Shown here piece after piece: positions 50,290 to 62,774 of a stretch of DNA of 64,000 nucleotides (the stretch's first letter is position 1; the number at the start of each line of letters is the position of its first letter). The notes beneath the pieces are model-generated. The model saw nothing but the letters and a program-made list of their open reading frames with translations. It did not search any database and was not told the origin of the DNA. Source of the DNA: Octopus sinensis (lineage: Eukaryota). The stretch is taken from contig NC_043001.1 in NCBI RefSeq assembly GCF_006345805.1, forward strand, positions 65,162,001-65,226,000. The letters run 5' to 3'. Position numbers and translations under genes: made by a program.

Positions 50290-50335
50290 GACACCTGATG
50301 AAGGCTGGAGGGTATATCAGCCGAAACGTTGTGTT
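50290..50335 (+). ncRNA. Minimal type I hammerhead
   Basis: GACAC-CTGATGA-A-GGCTG(loop)CAGCC-GAAA-CGT-T-GTGTT; ACGT palindromic helix III. Confidence 0.7.
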
Positions 50336-52181
50336 AACAACAAACAAGAGGACAAATATCCGTCAAATGTAAATAATGTACATAATTCCTCATCTCTTAA
50401 ATATAGAACTGAATAAAGTCGATATACAGTTACTTACAATAACAATTAGGACAAAGAAATCAATCAACAGCCCAGAAATTTACTATTAAAATGGTTCTGG
50501 TTGATTCTGATTAATAACAGTAAATTGCTATTGTGAATAATAGTGCGTGCAATAGTCAATCCTCAAACATTTGTATTTCGTGAATGACAGTTTTGCTCAT
50601 TAACAGGTGATTAATTTGATTTAAATATAATTCACATTGAGTCTATGTTCTCATTTAAATTCATTGCCATAAACATGCCGATGTGTTGGCATCTGAACAG
50701 CAACAGAAAATAAGATGATTAGCTTAATTGTCCGAATAATTAACAGTTAATCATGCAAACTGTCATTAAACTCCCATCATTATAAAACGCTTTTCTGTCG
50801 ACCTAATATGTTTAAATGATAAATTTTGTAGACAACGTGATTACGAAAAATAATCCGTATGATTTTAAGAGTGTGGGTGGGGATATGTATGTATGCATTT
50901 ATGTCTATATGTATCAAGGCTTAATGTCTTCTCAAAGTTAATCTAATATTCTGTTGAAGATACTCGTTACAGTTATATTCATTCTTCGCTTTCGTAGTTT
51001 CTGACCAGAAAACTTGTTCTCCACACCTATGCCCTCCTGATTTTGTCCTCAATAAGGTTTTCACTTAGAATTTAAACATCAAAATAGAATCACACACACA
51101 TATCTAAGTATGTGTATGTATTTAGTATATATGTGCATGTTGTGGATCATGCTGGCGATTGTGGATCATGCATGTTGTGGATCATTTGGCGATTCTCGAT
51201 CGCCAAATTTTACTTGACAATTCGACCACTATTCTCACAGTAAAACAATAGATTTTCTGTGAGTGACAGCAGTTACATTTGCCAGATGCCTTCGCTAAGT
51301 AGAATAATGCCTTTTCCACTTGACCCTTCTATGCCACTAAAAGCTAGAACAGAGATAACAGACCGCCAACGAAATCTATTGTTCTCAACAATATGTCACT
51401 CCTAACTAGTTTGGAAAATCATAAATACTACCACACCGTAGGAAAAAGCTGGTTGGCAAAAAGATGACGTAGAAACTACCACAGGCAGAATCCAGTTAGT
51501 GAGAATCCAGCTGGCAACAAGATGACGTAGAGGCGACCACAGGCAAAATCCAGTTAGTGAGATCATTCAACCGGGAGAAGGATTACCAGTGAGAATGTCA
51601 ACTATGATACAGTGTCTTATCACAACACCACTATTGTTTAAATGTCAGGCACCATGAAGGTATCATTTTATCGACTCCCTACCTTTAACATTCACTCTAT
51701 CTTCTAATTCCTAGTTGGACAGCTTGCAGTTGACCAAACATAACCAGCAGCAACATACAAGAAAAGATAACTATTGTTTTTATATGATACACACACTTGC
51801 CCGTCGAGGCAAGACATTATACAAAGTAACGATAAATATTTCCTTAAAACTTCGATCGCTGTTCTTCTTCCATTCTGCACATCAGCAACAGCAACACCCG
51901 ATACAATCGCCAACTGCCAACTCCAATACATATCATAATACTAATCGTTACATATATATATAGCTGGAATTTTAAAAAACAACGACAACGACAACGACAA
52001 AAACAAAACAAAAGACGAAGACGGGTGTGTAAACAACAAACAGACGTATTAGTTTAACACTCGGGAATTGAGAAAGTCTTTTACGTTTCCAACCTACGCT
52101 CTTCAACAGAAAGGAACACAGAAATAAACAGAGAGAGAAAATGAAAAAAGGTTTAGTGGCTAGCGATCAATCATATAAATG

Positions 52182-52213
<32 letters not shown>

Positions 52214-52252
52214 TGTATGTATGTATGTATGTATGTATGTATATGTGCATAT

Positions 52253-52289
<37 letters not shown>

Positions 52290-52290
<1 letters not shown>

Positions 52291-52829
52291 AAGAAGTAAA
52301 TATATAGCACAACGAAGTACCGATATTTACTGGAAATAGCGAACGTAATAATACGACGCTAATGTATAGCTTCACCGCGTATGTACTAGCAAAAATGCGT
52401 GAGTGCAACAAACTAGAAAAAATTGTCTTACCTCCAGGGAGAACATCTGAAAGATGAAATACCTAGAAAAGGATAATGTGGGACCGGCGTCGGTTTCAGA
52501 TTTTTCAAGATATGTCTGCACCCATAAACTTGATCTATCTTCATCAGCCAAACATATACCATGACATTTCAGATGTTACCACATTAATGCCAATACACTC
52601 GACTGAAAAGCCGAAACGCTAACAGCATGAGAACGGTGAAGAAGTTTCAATAAATTAGTAATGCAATACTAGAGTATTGCTTTCCAGTAAAGAATAGCCC
52701 GTGAGGGAAAAATATACAAAGAAGTAAATATATGGCACAACGAAGTACCGATATTTACTGGAAATAGCGAACGTAATAATACGGGCTATTCTTTACTGGA
52801 AAGCAATACTCTAGTATTGCATTACTAAT
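52290..52829 (-). mobile_element. Retrozyme-like unit: 428-bp monomer, 66-bp terminal redundancy, 49-bp fold-back
   Basis: Direct repeats 52290-52355 and 52718-52783; perfect inverted repeat 52654-52702 and 52781-52829; (TA)n on both flanks. Confidence 0.65.
52476..52555 (-). ncRNA. Type I hammerhead with canonical GUC triplet
   Basis: ATGTTTGG-CTGATGA-AGAT...ATCT-GAAA-CCG(ACGC)CGGT-C-CCACAT. Confidence 0.65.
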
Positions 52830-52880
52830 ATATATATATATATATATATATACTTTATTTAAAGCAGCCGAAAATTCAAC

Positions 52881-52928
52881 AAAACCTGTTACTCTGAGTT
52901 TCACGTTCCCGTTCGTCGGACAGTTTTT
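52881..52928 (-). ncRNA. Hammerhead-like motif of the IR1 family, core CCGACGA (U4C)
   Basis: AAAAACTGT-CCGACGA-ACG(GGAA)CGT-GAAA-CTCAGAG-TA-ACAGGTTTT. Confidence 0.5.
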
Positions 52929-52934
52929 GCTAGA

Positions 52935-52982
<48 letters not shown>

Positions 52983-53007
52983 TATATATATATTATATAT
53001 ATATATA

Positions 53008-53280
53008 CAGTGGACTTGCGGTCGTAGGATCGCGGTTTCGATTCCCAGACTGGGCATTGTGAGTGTTTATTGAGCGAAAACACCTAAAGCTCCATGAGGC
53101 TCCAGCAGGGGGTGGTAGTGAACCCTGCTGTACTCTTTCTCTCACTCTTTCTTCCTGTTTCTGTTGTACCTGTATTTCAAGGGGCCAACCTTGTCACTCG
53201 GTGTCACGCTGAATCTCCCCAAGAACTACGTTAAGGGTACACGTGTCTGTGGAGTGCTCAGCCACTTGCACGTTAATAAT
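53008..53280 (+). mobile_element. tRNA-derived SINE
   Basis: B-box-like GGTTTCGATTCC in the head, followed by a SINE-like body. Confidence 0.6.
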
Positions 53281-53957
53281 TGAGCTACGAAGTCACTGGT
53301 GCCAAGCTGCATCGGCCTTTGCCTTTCCCTTGGATAGCATCGGTGGCATGGAGAGGGAAGGCTGGTATGCATGGGCGACTGCTGGTCTTCCATAAACAAC
53401 CTTGCCCAGACATGTGCCTCGGAGGGTAACTTTCTAGGTGCAATCCCATGGTCATTCATGACAGAAGGGGGCCACAAAAAAATATATACACGCAAGTGTG
53501 GCTATGTGGTAAGAAACTTGCTTCCCAACCACATGGTTCCGCATTCAGTTCCACTGCATGCCACCTTGGGCAAGTGTCTTCTACTATGGCCTCAGGCCAA
53601 TCAAAGCCTATTGTATATGTGTGTGTGTGTGTTGTTCTGTTTGTCTCCTGCCATCGCTTGACAACTGATGCTGGTGTGTTTATATTTCCGTAACTTAGCG
53701 GTCCAGCAAAACAGACTGATAGAATAAGTACTAGGCAACAAAGTCTTGGGGGCGATTTCTTTGACTGACATCCTTTAAACAAGTAAACAAATAAAAAAAT
53801 ATATACATAGATACGTATGCCATGCATATATGTTGTAACGTTATAAAAGAGCAATTAATCCAAATTCTTGCTGTTTTCTTTGTATATGCAAGTATGTCTG
53901 GATTTGTAAGAAGCAAAACCATACACATTATCTTGTAATATATAATATCTATATATC

Positions 53958-56370
53958 TCATCATCATCATCTTTGTTTAACGTCCATTTTCCAGGCTGGC
54001 ATGAGTTAGACGATTTGACTGAGGTCTGGAAAGCCAGTGGCTGCACCAGGCTCCAATCTCATCTGGCAATGTTTCTACAGCTGGATGCCCTTCCTAACAC
54101 CAACCACTCCGAAAGTGTAGTGGGTGCTTTTCATGTGCCAGCAGCACAAGAGCCAGTCAGGCAGGCAGGCCTGGCATCCATCACGTTCGGATTGTGCTTT
54201 TTATGTGTCACCGGCACGGGAGTCAGTCAGGCAGACCTGGCATCGACCACGTTTGGATATTGTCTTTTACATCCCACTGGCACGGGAGCAAGTCAGGGGG
54301 CACTTTCATCAACTATGTTCAGATGATGCATTTTACGTGCCACCGGAACGGGAGCCAGTCAAGGGGCACTGGCCACAGCTACGATTTTGGTTTTACTTCA
54401 CTCAACAACTCTTCTCAAGCATATCATATCGACCGACGCATCAAGGGGACTTTTAAATGGGTAGGACATACAACACAGGACTTGGCCATGGATGCGATTT
54501 CACTTTAGTTGCTGTGTCTTCTCAATCACAGCATACCACCTCATCCCATGTCTTCCTGGGTCTACCTCTTGCACAGGTTTCTTCCACAGTTAGGGCATGG
54601 GACTTCCTCACACAGTTATCCTCATCCATATGTAACACATGACCATACTAGCGCAGTCGTCTCTCTTGCACACCACATCTGATGCTTGTTATGACCAACT
54701 TTTCTCTCAGGGTACTCACATTCTATCGTGTATGCACAGACATTACACATCCAGCAGATCATACTAGCTTCATTTCTTTCAAGCCTACGCATGTCCTCAG
54801 CAGTCATGGCCCATATTTTACTGCTGTGTAGCATGGCAGTTAGCACACACGTATCATACAGTCTACCTCTCACCATGAGTGAGAGGCCTTTAGTTGCCAG
54901 CAGAGAAAGGATCTCCCTGAACTTTTCCCAGGCTATTCTTATTCTAGTTGCTACATCCTCAGAGCAACCACCACCACTACAGACTTGGTCGCCTAGGTAG
55001 CGGAAGCTATCAACTACTTCTAGTTTTCCTCCTGGCATGAGACGGAATCTATTTTCTGTACATCTTCAGTGTTTATTGCACCTGTCCATCTCCCACACAC
55101 AAAAACTATCTTCCCGGTTAACCTTCCTCTGATATTGCTTCACTTTTTAAGTGTCCATAGCTTACAACGGGTACACCGTATAGAATTCCTACCCATGCCC
55201 TTTCTACAGATTGAGCAGAGCCATCTACCTGAAGGGGCTTCTGATTTGTCAGCCCTCCTACTTACTAAGACTTTGGTCTTTGCTAGGTTAACTCTAAGGC
55301 CCTTCGATTCTAGACCTAGCTTCCACACCCTAAACTTTGTCCCTAGTTCTGGCAGTAACTCAGCTATTAGAAGGTCATTAGCATAGTGGAGCTCCCAGTG
55401 GAAGCTTATCTTGAACTCTTCTGTTATTGCCTGAAGGACTACGATGAATAAAAGGGGGCTGGAAACTGATCCTTGGTGAACCTCTACTTCTACCCAGAAT
55501 TCTTCACTATACTCGTTGTGCCAGCCCTCACCTAATTGACAGGGCTTGTACAGCCCTCACCAGCCACTCGTCTATCCCTAGTTTCCGCATTGACCACCAG
55601 ATAAAGGATCAAGGGACCCTGTCAAAGGCTTTCTCTAAGTCAACAAAAGCCAAATAGAAAGGTTTATCTTTAGCTAGATATTTTTCCTGCAGTTGCCTTA
55701 CCAGAAATATAGCATCAGTGGTGCTTCTGCCTGGCATGACCCTCTGTAACTTTCATCATCTGATCCAATAATTTGATACCTCTGTAGTTATTTCTATCAA
55801 AAGCATCACCTTTACCTTTGTAGTAGTTTACTATGTTACCGCTACACCAGTTATTGGGTGTGACTCCTTCATAAACTACCTGATTTACGATGCGGTGACA
55901 AGACCATAACCCACACCGTCCAATATTTTAAGCATCTCAGTGGTGATTCCTGATGGGCCAAGTGCTTTCCCTGTCTTTATATCTTTAATTGCTTTATCTA
56001 CCAAGGTACTGTCGATTCGGGTAGCTGGTCCCTCCATTGCATCAATCTTTGGCAGACTCTCCTCCTCCCATTCCTTCTCCACGTTCACCAGTCTTTCATA
56101 ATGGCATCTCCAAGCCACTCTCTTTGCAGAATCATTAAACGCAATGTGGACACATTTCTCTCCTATGACATCACGGTTTTCTCTCACACACAGTCTTGCA
56201 ACTCGAAACACTTCAGTTCTTTGGTGCTTATATTGCTGAACATTGGCAAACTTCTTTTCTGCTACTCCCTTGGCTATATATATTTGTCTCCTAGCTTCCC
56301 TTCTGGCTATCTGATTCAGTCCCTTGCTACCCCCACTCTTCCAGGCCTGCCAGGCTTGTTTCTTTGCTCC
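53958..56370 (-). mobile_element. RTE-clade LINE, 5'-truncated and degenerate
   Basis: Homologous to 12.4-15.3 kb; (ATC)n tail at 53958. Confidence 0.9.
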
Positions 56371-56446
56371 AAATATAGATATAAATATACCAATGTTAAA
56401 TTTAGTAAATGGCTGCTATTTTTTTGGATTAGTATATATATATATA

Positions 56447-56846
56447 TTTACTCTTTTATTTGTTTCAGTCATTTGACTGCGGCCATGCTGGAGTACCTCC
56501 TTTTGTTGAGCAAATCGATCCCAGGACTTATTCTTTGTAAGCCTAGTACTTTTTCTGTCGGTCTCTATTGCCGAACCGTTAAGTTACGGGGACATAAACA
56601 CTCCAGCATCGGTTGTCAAACAATGTTGGGGGGACAAACACAGACACACAAACACACACATATATATCCATATACATATATACGATGGGCTTCTTTCAGT
56701 TTCCATCTACCAAATCCACTCACAAGGTTTTGGTCGGCCCTAGGCTATAGTAGAAGACATTTGCTCAAGGTGCCACGCAGTGGGACTGAACCTGGAACCA
56801 TGTGGTTGGTAAGCAAGCTACTTACCACACAGCCACACCTGCGCCT
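56447..56846 (-). mobile_element. Near full-length tRNA-derived SINE
   Basis: Head GCAGGTGTGGCTGTGTGGTAAG...GGTTCAGTCCC; tail AAAAGAGTAAA. Confidence 0.7.
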
Positions 56847-56861
56847 ATATATATATATTTA

Positions 56862-58095
56862 TATAATCAAAATAAGCAACAAGGATATCCAAAGGTAGTG
56901 CAGTACAATCGTTTCCTGCTACTTCATTTAATTAAACAATGTAAGTATTACATCAGTTTTAAAATGTAGAGCAATCTTCAGCCACATATGGAATTTTAAA
57001 ATTAAATTGACAATATTCATTTTTATACTTATTCCATTTTCCAACATTACAAAGAGGGTAGGTATATAGACAGTGAGGTGAATCTCATCAATAGAAACAT
57101 GGTAGTAAATGATCTTTACTCATGGGCAGATTTCTTATCACTGAATTTACTTTGTTATTTAGATTTACTATTGGGAAGGGGTTTTTATTCTATTAAGGTT
57201 CAGTGGAGACAACCAAGAATTTATCTATTTATAGATAGAGGAAGAGGCAGTTTAAGTGGCAGAGCCATAAATCAAACTCTTTTTTGAAGAATCTAACTCT
57301 GGTACAGCTTAAAGTATTTTAGCTAAAGTTAGTAGGCTGAAGCTAATGGAGTAGGGAGAATAGAAACTTCCAATACCTTAACTGTTTGACAACCATAATC
57401 CTACTTGTGATTTGAAATAAATATTCTTTATAGTTTTTTTTCAAAGGATTCTAATAAATTTTAGTATCTTATATAGGGATGGAGAGTAGAGAAATCATTT
57501 CATATTTATAAAAATATATACATTAAATTATTATTGATATAGATTTATAGTTAGTAAATAGTAATTTATTTGTATTAATGAGTTAAATTAAAGGAATATG
57601 CTAGACATATTTATTTCATGCATGTTAATGATTTTAGAATGTACTTCACTTGAGCTTATAGTGAGTTATAACAGCTTGGTTCTATATAGGTTAAGTGTGT
57701 ATCTAAAAGAAATGTAATATTCGGCAAGATGATATAGTGGGTAAATGAGTAAGATAATGGTTTAAAATTACAGTGAAATAATATTTAAGTCAGCAAATTG
57801 AAAAATAAAAATTCAGTGATAAGAAATCTGCCCATGAGTAAAGATCATTTACTACCATGTTTCTATTGATGAGATTCACCTCACTGTCTATATACCTACC
57901 CTCTTTGTAATGTTGGAAAATGGAATAAGTATAAAAATGAATATTGTCAATTTAATTTTAAAATTCCATATGTGGCTGAAGATTGCTCTACATTTTAAAA
58001 CTGATGTAATACTTACATTGTTTAATTAAATGAAGTAGCAGGAAACGATTGTACTACACTACCTTTGGATATCCTTGTTGCTTATTTTGATTATA
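56862..58095. repeat. Inverted repeat IR3: 287-bp arms (56862-57148 and 57809-58095), 660-bp spacer
   Basis: One mismatch by eye between the arms. Confidence 0.95.
57971..58058 (+). ncRNA. Hammerhead motif with long imperfect helix II (mirror copy at 56899-56986, minus)
   Basis: TGTGG-CTGAAGA-TTGCTCTAC...GTAGCAG-GAAA-CGATTGT-A-CTACA. Confidence 0.55.
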
Positions 58096-58176
58096 ATCCC
58101 TCCATATGATTTATATGGATAATACCATACCATATTCATCTGAATCTAAATTTATATATATATATATATTATATAT

Positions 58177-58246
<70 letters not shown>

Positions 58247-58329
58247 ATAACAATTGCAGCGTGGAAGGTGTTTATAAGCCATTTAAGAAACACAAAAGCC
58301 GTTCGATTCACTCCAACATTTAAGTTTAA

Positions 58330-58379
58330 TTTGTCAAAATATTTTCGTCGCTAAAATCCGCGACCTGTTCACTGACAAA
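58330..58379 (-). ncRNA. Type I hammerhead with G3:C8 core, IR4 left arm
   Basis: TTTGTCA-GTGAACA-G-GTCGC(GGATTTTA)GCGAC-GAAA-ATATT-T-TGACAAA. Confidence 0.65.
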
Positions 58380-59415
58380 GTCCGTGCTGCATCTAAGAAA
58401 GTAACAGTTAGTTCGTCATATATATGTACGTATGTATGTGTGTATGTATGCATACATGTGTGTATGTATGTACGTATGCATGTACGCACATACACCTGTG
58501 TGTGCATGTATGTATGTATGTATGTATGTATGTATGTATGTATATATGTACGTGTGTGTATAAGCACGCACATACACTCTATAAAACAAAGTTATAAACC
58601 TGTAGCGATGGATGGATGTAGAGTGACCACTCATCACAACGCTATCAAATTTCAACTCCCTACGGCCGAGGCTAGAAAGTGAATTTATGACGCTTGCTCA
58701 CAAGAACTATACCCTAAAATCTATTATCAGATTTTTATCTCTATATCACAGAACTAATGTTTTACTATTGTTCGTATGTATGTATGTATGTATGTGCGTA
58801 TGTATGTATGTATGTATGTATGTATGTATGTATGTATGTATGTATGTATGTATGTATGTGCGTATGTATGTATGTATGTATGTATGTATGTATGTATGTA
58901 TGTGTGTATGTATATACGTACGCATGTGCGTATGTATGTATACGCGCTCGTATGCATGTGCCCATGTATGTGTGTGCGTACATGTACGTGCGTATGTACG
59001 TGTGTATGCCCATACGTAGGTATGTATGTATGTTTGTATTCATGTGCTACGTATGTATGTGAGTGTCTAGGAGAATGGGTAGATGTGTCCGTGAGAGTGT
59101 GTACATGTGTATGTGTATGTGAACGTATGTCCGTGTACTGGCATGTGTCCGTCCAAGTTGTGTACATGACTGTTACTTTGCTGAAGGTTGTATACATATT
59201 TACATATATGTTAGTATAGACGCACACACATATATATATGTGTGTGGGTGTGTGTTTGTTCCTCTCATCATCGTCTAACCGTGAATGGATACAACGCCTA
59301 GGTGCAACTGTTCGTGTCAAACAACGTCTGCTCATACCGTTGTATATAACTGCACATACGCATTGCAACCTGTATGTAAGGACTACAGGTGAAAGGGAGA
59401 GAGAGAGAGGGGTGG

Positions 59416-61422
59416 TTATAGAATAGTCCTTCTGAATGGGTTCTGGATGTTATTCCATTCGGACTTTCGGTTGAGAGTAGGTTTGTATTCTTGTATACAA
59501 ACAGCTTCTGTGACCTGTCTCAACATTGCATCGGTGGGATGTGTTGATAGGATGTTCAACTTAAGCTCCCCTAAGGATCCCTTGTGGCAGTCTACAGCAT
59601 GTTGGTAGAAGATGGAGTTTGGCTTCCTTTCAATGTAGTTGTCCAGGTGTTTTTTGAACCTATCATTGATGCTTCTAGAGGTCTCACCTATGTATGACTC
59701 CGGGTTAGCCGCGCAAGCTCCCTCCTGGCACTTAATCTGGTATACAGTGCCCTTGGTTTTACAATTTACGTGTGGATTTGTCGAACACACTGCACAATTA
59801 CTCTGACAGGTGATTCTATCAAATGGATATGATCTGCATAATGCCGATTTGATAGTCCTACCTGTCTTTTCTACAACTTTAACTTTTAGGCCCGTAGTGC
59901 GCAGGACTTTCTTGAATGCCTTACTTAGCTCGTTCTTAGGTGTGGCGTCAACGAACATCACTCCGTGAAATCTCCTGTTATCGTACCAAGTAATGTTTCT
60001 CATCTTTTTGTTGGTGTCCCTCTCTAACCTATTCCAGAACTTGTTGCGGTACAGGGGGCATATACCGTTTTCGTCGTTCCCTAGAATGCGTTCGAATCTA
60101 GCTTTCGCTCCTTTGTACACCCTGACTCTATCGTCTTGTGTGTATCCGGAGCGTTGCATTCGGAATATGTAGTGCTGGATGTGTTGTTGTCGTTCTTGTG
60201 GTTGGCATAGTGGTGATACATTCCTCATTACTCTAACTAAGTCTGCCACTAGGATGTTGAGTTTGGCAGTATCCGACATAGCTGAGTCACTACGGATTAC
60301 TAGTGGATTAGCCATCGGTTTCTGATAGTGTGAGTGGAGTATACATGGTTTAATGGTACCATTAACCATAGCGGCTTCCATCCATAGCTCAGTATCTAGG
60401 ACGGGTAATCGTTTACTGGGGTGTTTAGAGGGGTAGTCTATGGTAAGTTTTATACTGCTGTGGATAGAGTCAGCTATGTGTTGTATAGATGTCATCACCT
60501 GTTCTTCACTTGGTAGAGGGCCCATTACTGTGTCTGTATTACATTTCACAACAAGGTTAATGTCGTCGACGTAACGAGAGTACATAGCCAAGTGGATGTT
60601 ACGGTTTGCTAGGCACTGTTTAAAACGCTTGTCCCACCATACCATGAAGAGGTTAGCAACGTCACCGGCGATCCCCACTCCAATAGCACCGCCTTTCGTT
60701 TGCTTATACAGTTTGTTGTCAAATTTAAAAATATGTGTTTTTAGCGTAAATCTCAGGCTGACACCGATAGCATGTGCGATGGTGGTTCTAATATCGTGTG
60801 CACTTGAGGGTGGGTAGTCCGGCTTTGTCCATCCCTGCCAACGCTCACAGTGAGTCTTCCTGTAAGCCGAGGTAATGGTAGGTGGTCTACCGCGTTTGTT
60901 ACGGGTGGGACAAGCATATAGAAGGTTATTGCGCGACAGGTATTCATTGGTACACGTCAGGGCCAGGAAGAGCCCTAGTTCATATACATCCACATTCTTA
61001 AATATACCACTCTCACTAACTATTTCTATACATTTATCGACAGCAAAGTCTATATCGATGGAGGGGTATAGTGATACCACATCCATGCTACCCACGATGT
61101 GGTTCTTGAGGTCACACGTGTTGTTGCATTCGCGGATCCTGCTAAGGAGGTCCTCAGTACTGTCACATACATCCGCAGATAGTTCTATTAACGGTCGTAG
61201 GAATTGTGAGAGAAAGCATGATATTTTGTGGTTGTTTGCATTGTTGGCACCACAAACGGATCGGGTGGGTGGCCCAAGTATATGGTCCGTGTGGCTCTTG
61301 TGATCTTTGCGAAGGCCATATAGGGGTGGGATTTCGTAGTTGGTGATTAAGAAGTTGTTAGCTGTGCGCTTCTCCGACTGGAGAATTATACTCCACATCC
61401 CCATGTGAGCATTGACGATCTT
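59416..61422 (-). CDS. PLE RT plus GIY-YIG ORF, 5'-truncated but uninterrupted; the first ~49 aa of the track ORF are antisense of the right arm
   Basis: YGLRKDHK, MDVVSLYPSID, GGAIGVGIAGDVANLFM, YVDD, RLPVLD, Cys-rich linker, VYQIKC...YIGET.R. Confidence 0.9.
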   Translation of the reverse strand, partial: KIVNAHMGMWSIILQSEKRTANNFLITNYEIPPLYGLRKDHKSHTDHILGPPTRSVCGANNANNHKISCFLSQFLRPLIELSADVCDSTEDLLSRIRECNNTCDLKNHIVGSMDVVSLYPSIDIDFAVDKCIEIVSESGIFKNVDVYELGLFLALTCTNEYLSRNNLLYACPTRNKRGRPPTITSAYRKTHCERWQGWTKPDYPPSSAHDIRTTIAHAIGVSLRFTLKTHIFKFDNKLYKQTKGGAIGVGIAGDVANLFMVWWDKRFKQCLANRNIHLAMYSRYVDDINLVVKCNTDTVMGPLPSEEQVMTSIQHIADSIHSSIKLTIDYPSKHPSKRLPVLDTELWMEAAMVNGTIKPCILHSHYQKPMANPLVIRSDSAMSDTAKLNILVADLVRVMRNVSPLCQPQERQQHIQHYIFRMQRSGYTQDDRVRVYKGAKARFERILGNDENGICPLYRNKFWNRLERDTNKKMRNITWYDNRRFHGVMFVDATPKNELSKAFKKVLRTTGLKVKVVEKTGRTIKSALCRSYPFDRITCQSNCAVCSTNPHVNCKTKGTVYQIKCQEGACAANPESYIGETSRSINDRFKKHLDNYIERKPNSIFYQHAVDCHKGSLGELKLNILSTHPTDAMLRQVTEAVCIQEYKPTLNRKSEWNNIQNPFRRTIL

Positions 61423-62317
61423 TTCGACAAATCCACACGTAAATTGTAAAACCAAGGGCACTGTATACCAGATTAAGTGCCAGGAGGGAGCTTGCGCGGC
61501 TAACCCGGAGTCATACATAGGTGAGACCTCTAGAAGCATCAATGATAGGTTCAAAGAACACCTGGACAACTACATTGAAAGGAAGCCAAACTCCATCTTC
61601 TACCAACATGCTGTAGACTGCCACAAGGGATCCTTAGGGGAGCTTAAGTTGAACATCCTATCAACACATCCCACCGATGCAATGTTGAGACAGGTCACAT
61701 AAGCTGTTTGTATACAAGAATACAAACCTACTCTCAACCGAAAGTCCGAATGGAATAACATCCAGAACCCATTCAGAAGGACTATTCTATAACCACCCCT
61801 CTCTCTCTCTCCCTTTCACCTGTAGTCCTTACATACAGGTTGCAATGCGTATGTGCAGTTATATACAACGGTATGAGCAGACGTTGTTTGATACGAACAG
61901 TTGCACCTAGGCGTTGTAGCCATTCACGGTTAGACGATGATGAGAGGAACAAACACACACCCACACACACATATATATATGTGTGTGCGTCTATACTAAC
62001 ATATATGTAAATATGTATACAGCCTTCAGCAAAGTAACAGTCATGTACACAACTTGGACGGACACTTGCCAGTACACGGACATACGTTCACATACACATA
62101 CACATGTACACACTCTCACGGACACATCTACCCATTCTCCTAGACACTCACATACATACGTAGCACATGAATACAAACATACATACATACCTACGTATGG
62201 GCATACACACGTACATACGCACGTACATGTACGCACACACATACATGGGCACATGCATACGAGCGCGTATACATACATACGCACATGCGTACGTATATAC
62301 ATACACACATACATACA

Positions 62318-62351
<34 letters not shown>

Positions 62352-62774
62352 CATACATACATACATACGCACATACATACATACGAACAATAGTAAAACA
62401 TTAGTTCTGTGATATAGAGATAAAAATCTGATAATAGATTTTAGGGTATAGTTCTTGTGAGCAAGCGTCATAAATTCACTTTCTAGCCTCGGCCGTAGGG
62501 AGTTGAAATTTGATAGCGTTGTGATGAGTGGTCACTCTACATCCATCCATCGCTACAGGTTTATAACTTTGTTTTATAGAGTGTATGTGCGTGCTTATAC
62601 ACACACGTACATATATACATACATACATACATACATACATACATACATGCACACACAGGCGTATATGCGTACATGCATACGTACATACATACACACATGT
62701 ATGCATACATACACACATACATACGTACATATATATGACGAACTAACTGTTACTTTCTTAGATGCAGCACGGAC

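Noticed and set aside
51130-51562. Short local duplications (TTGTGGATCATGC x3; a ~44-bp direct repeat at ~51461 and ~51519)
   Set aside because: They look like ordinary slippage duplications with no further structure.
52060-52115. Further hammerhead-like remnants (here on the minus strand, in the Hero-like 3' UTR at ~38445-38485, and CTGATGA at ~20273-20279)
   Set aside because: Core or helix II is broken, or GAAA is missing; too degenerate to call.
57149-57808. IR3 spacer as a mitochondrial insertion (NUMT)
   Set aside because: It is AT-rich, but I recognised no rRNA, tRNA or mitochondrial protein motif; BLASTN would settle it.
59200-59415. SECIS element in the PLE 3' UTR
   Set aside because: The ORF has no in-frame TGA and I found no convincing AUGA/AA/GA stem.
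61423-61569. N-terminal 49 aa of the 717-aa track ORF as a real PLE N-terminus
   Set aside because: It is the antisense of the inverted GIY-YIG arm and is open by chance.
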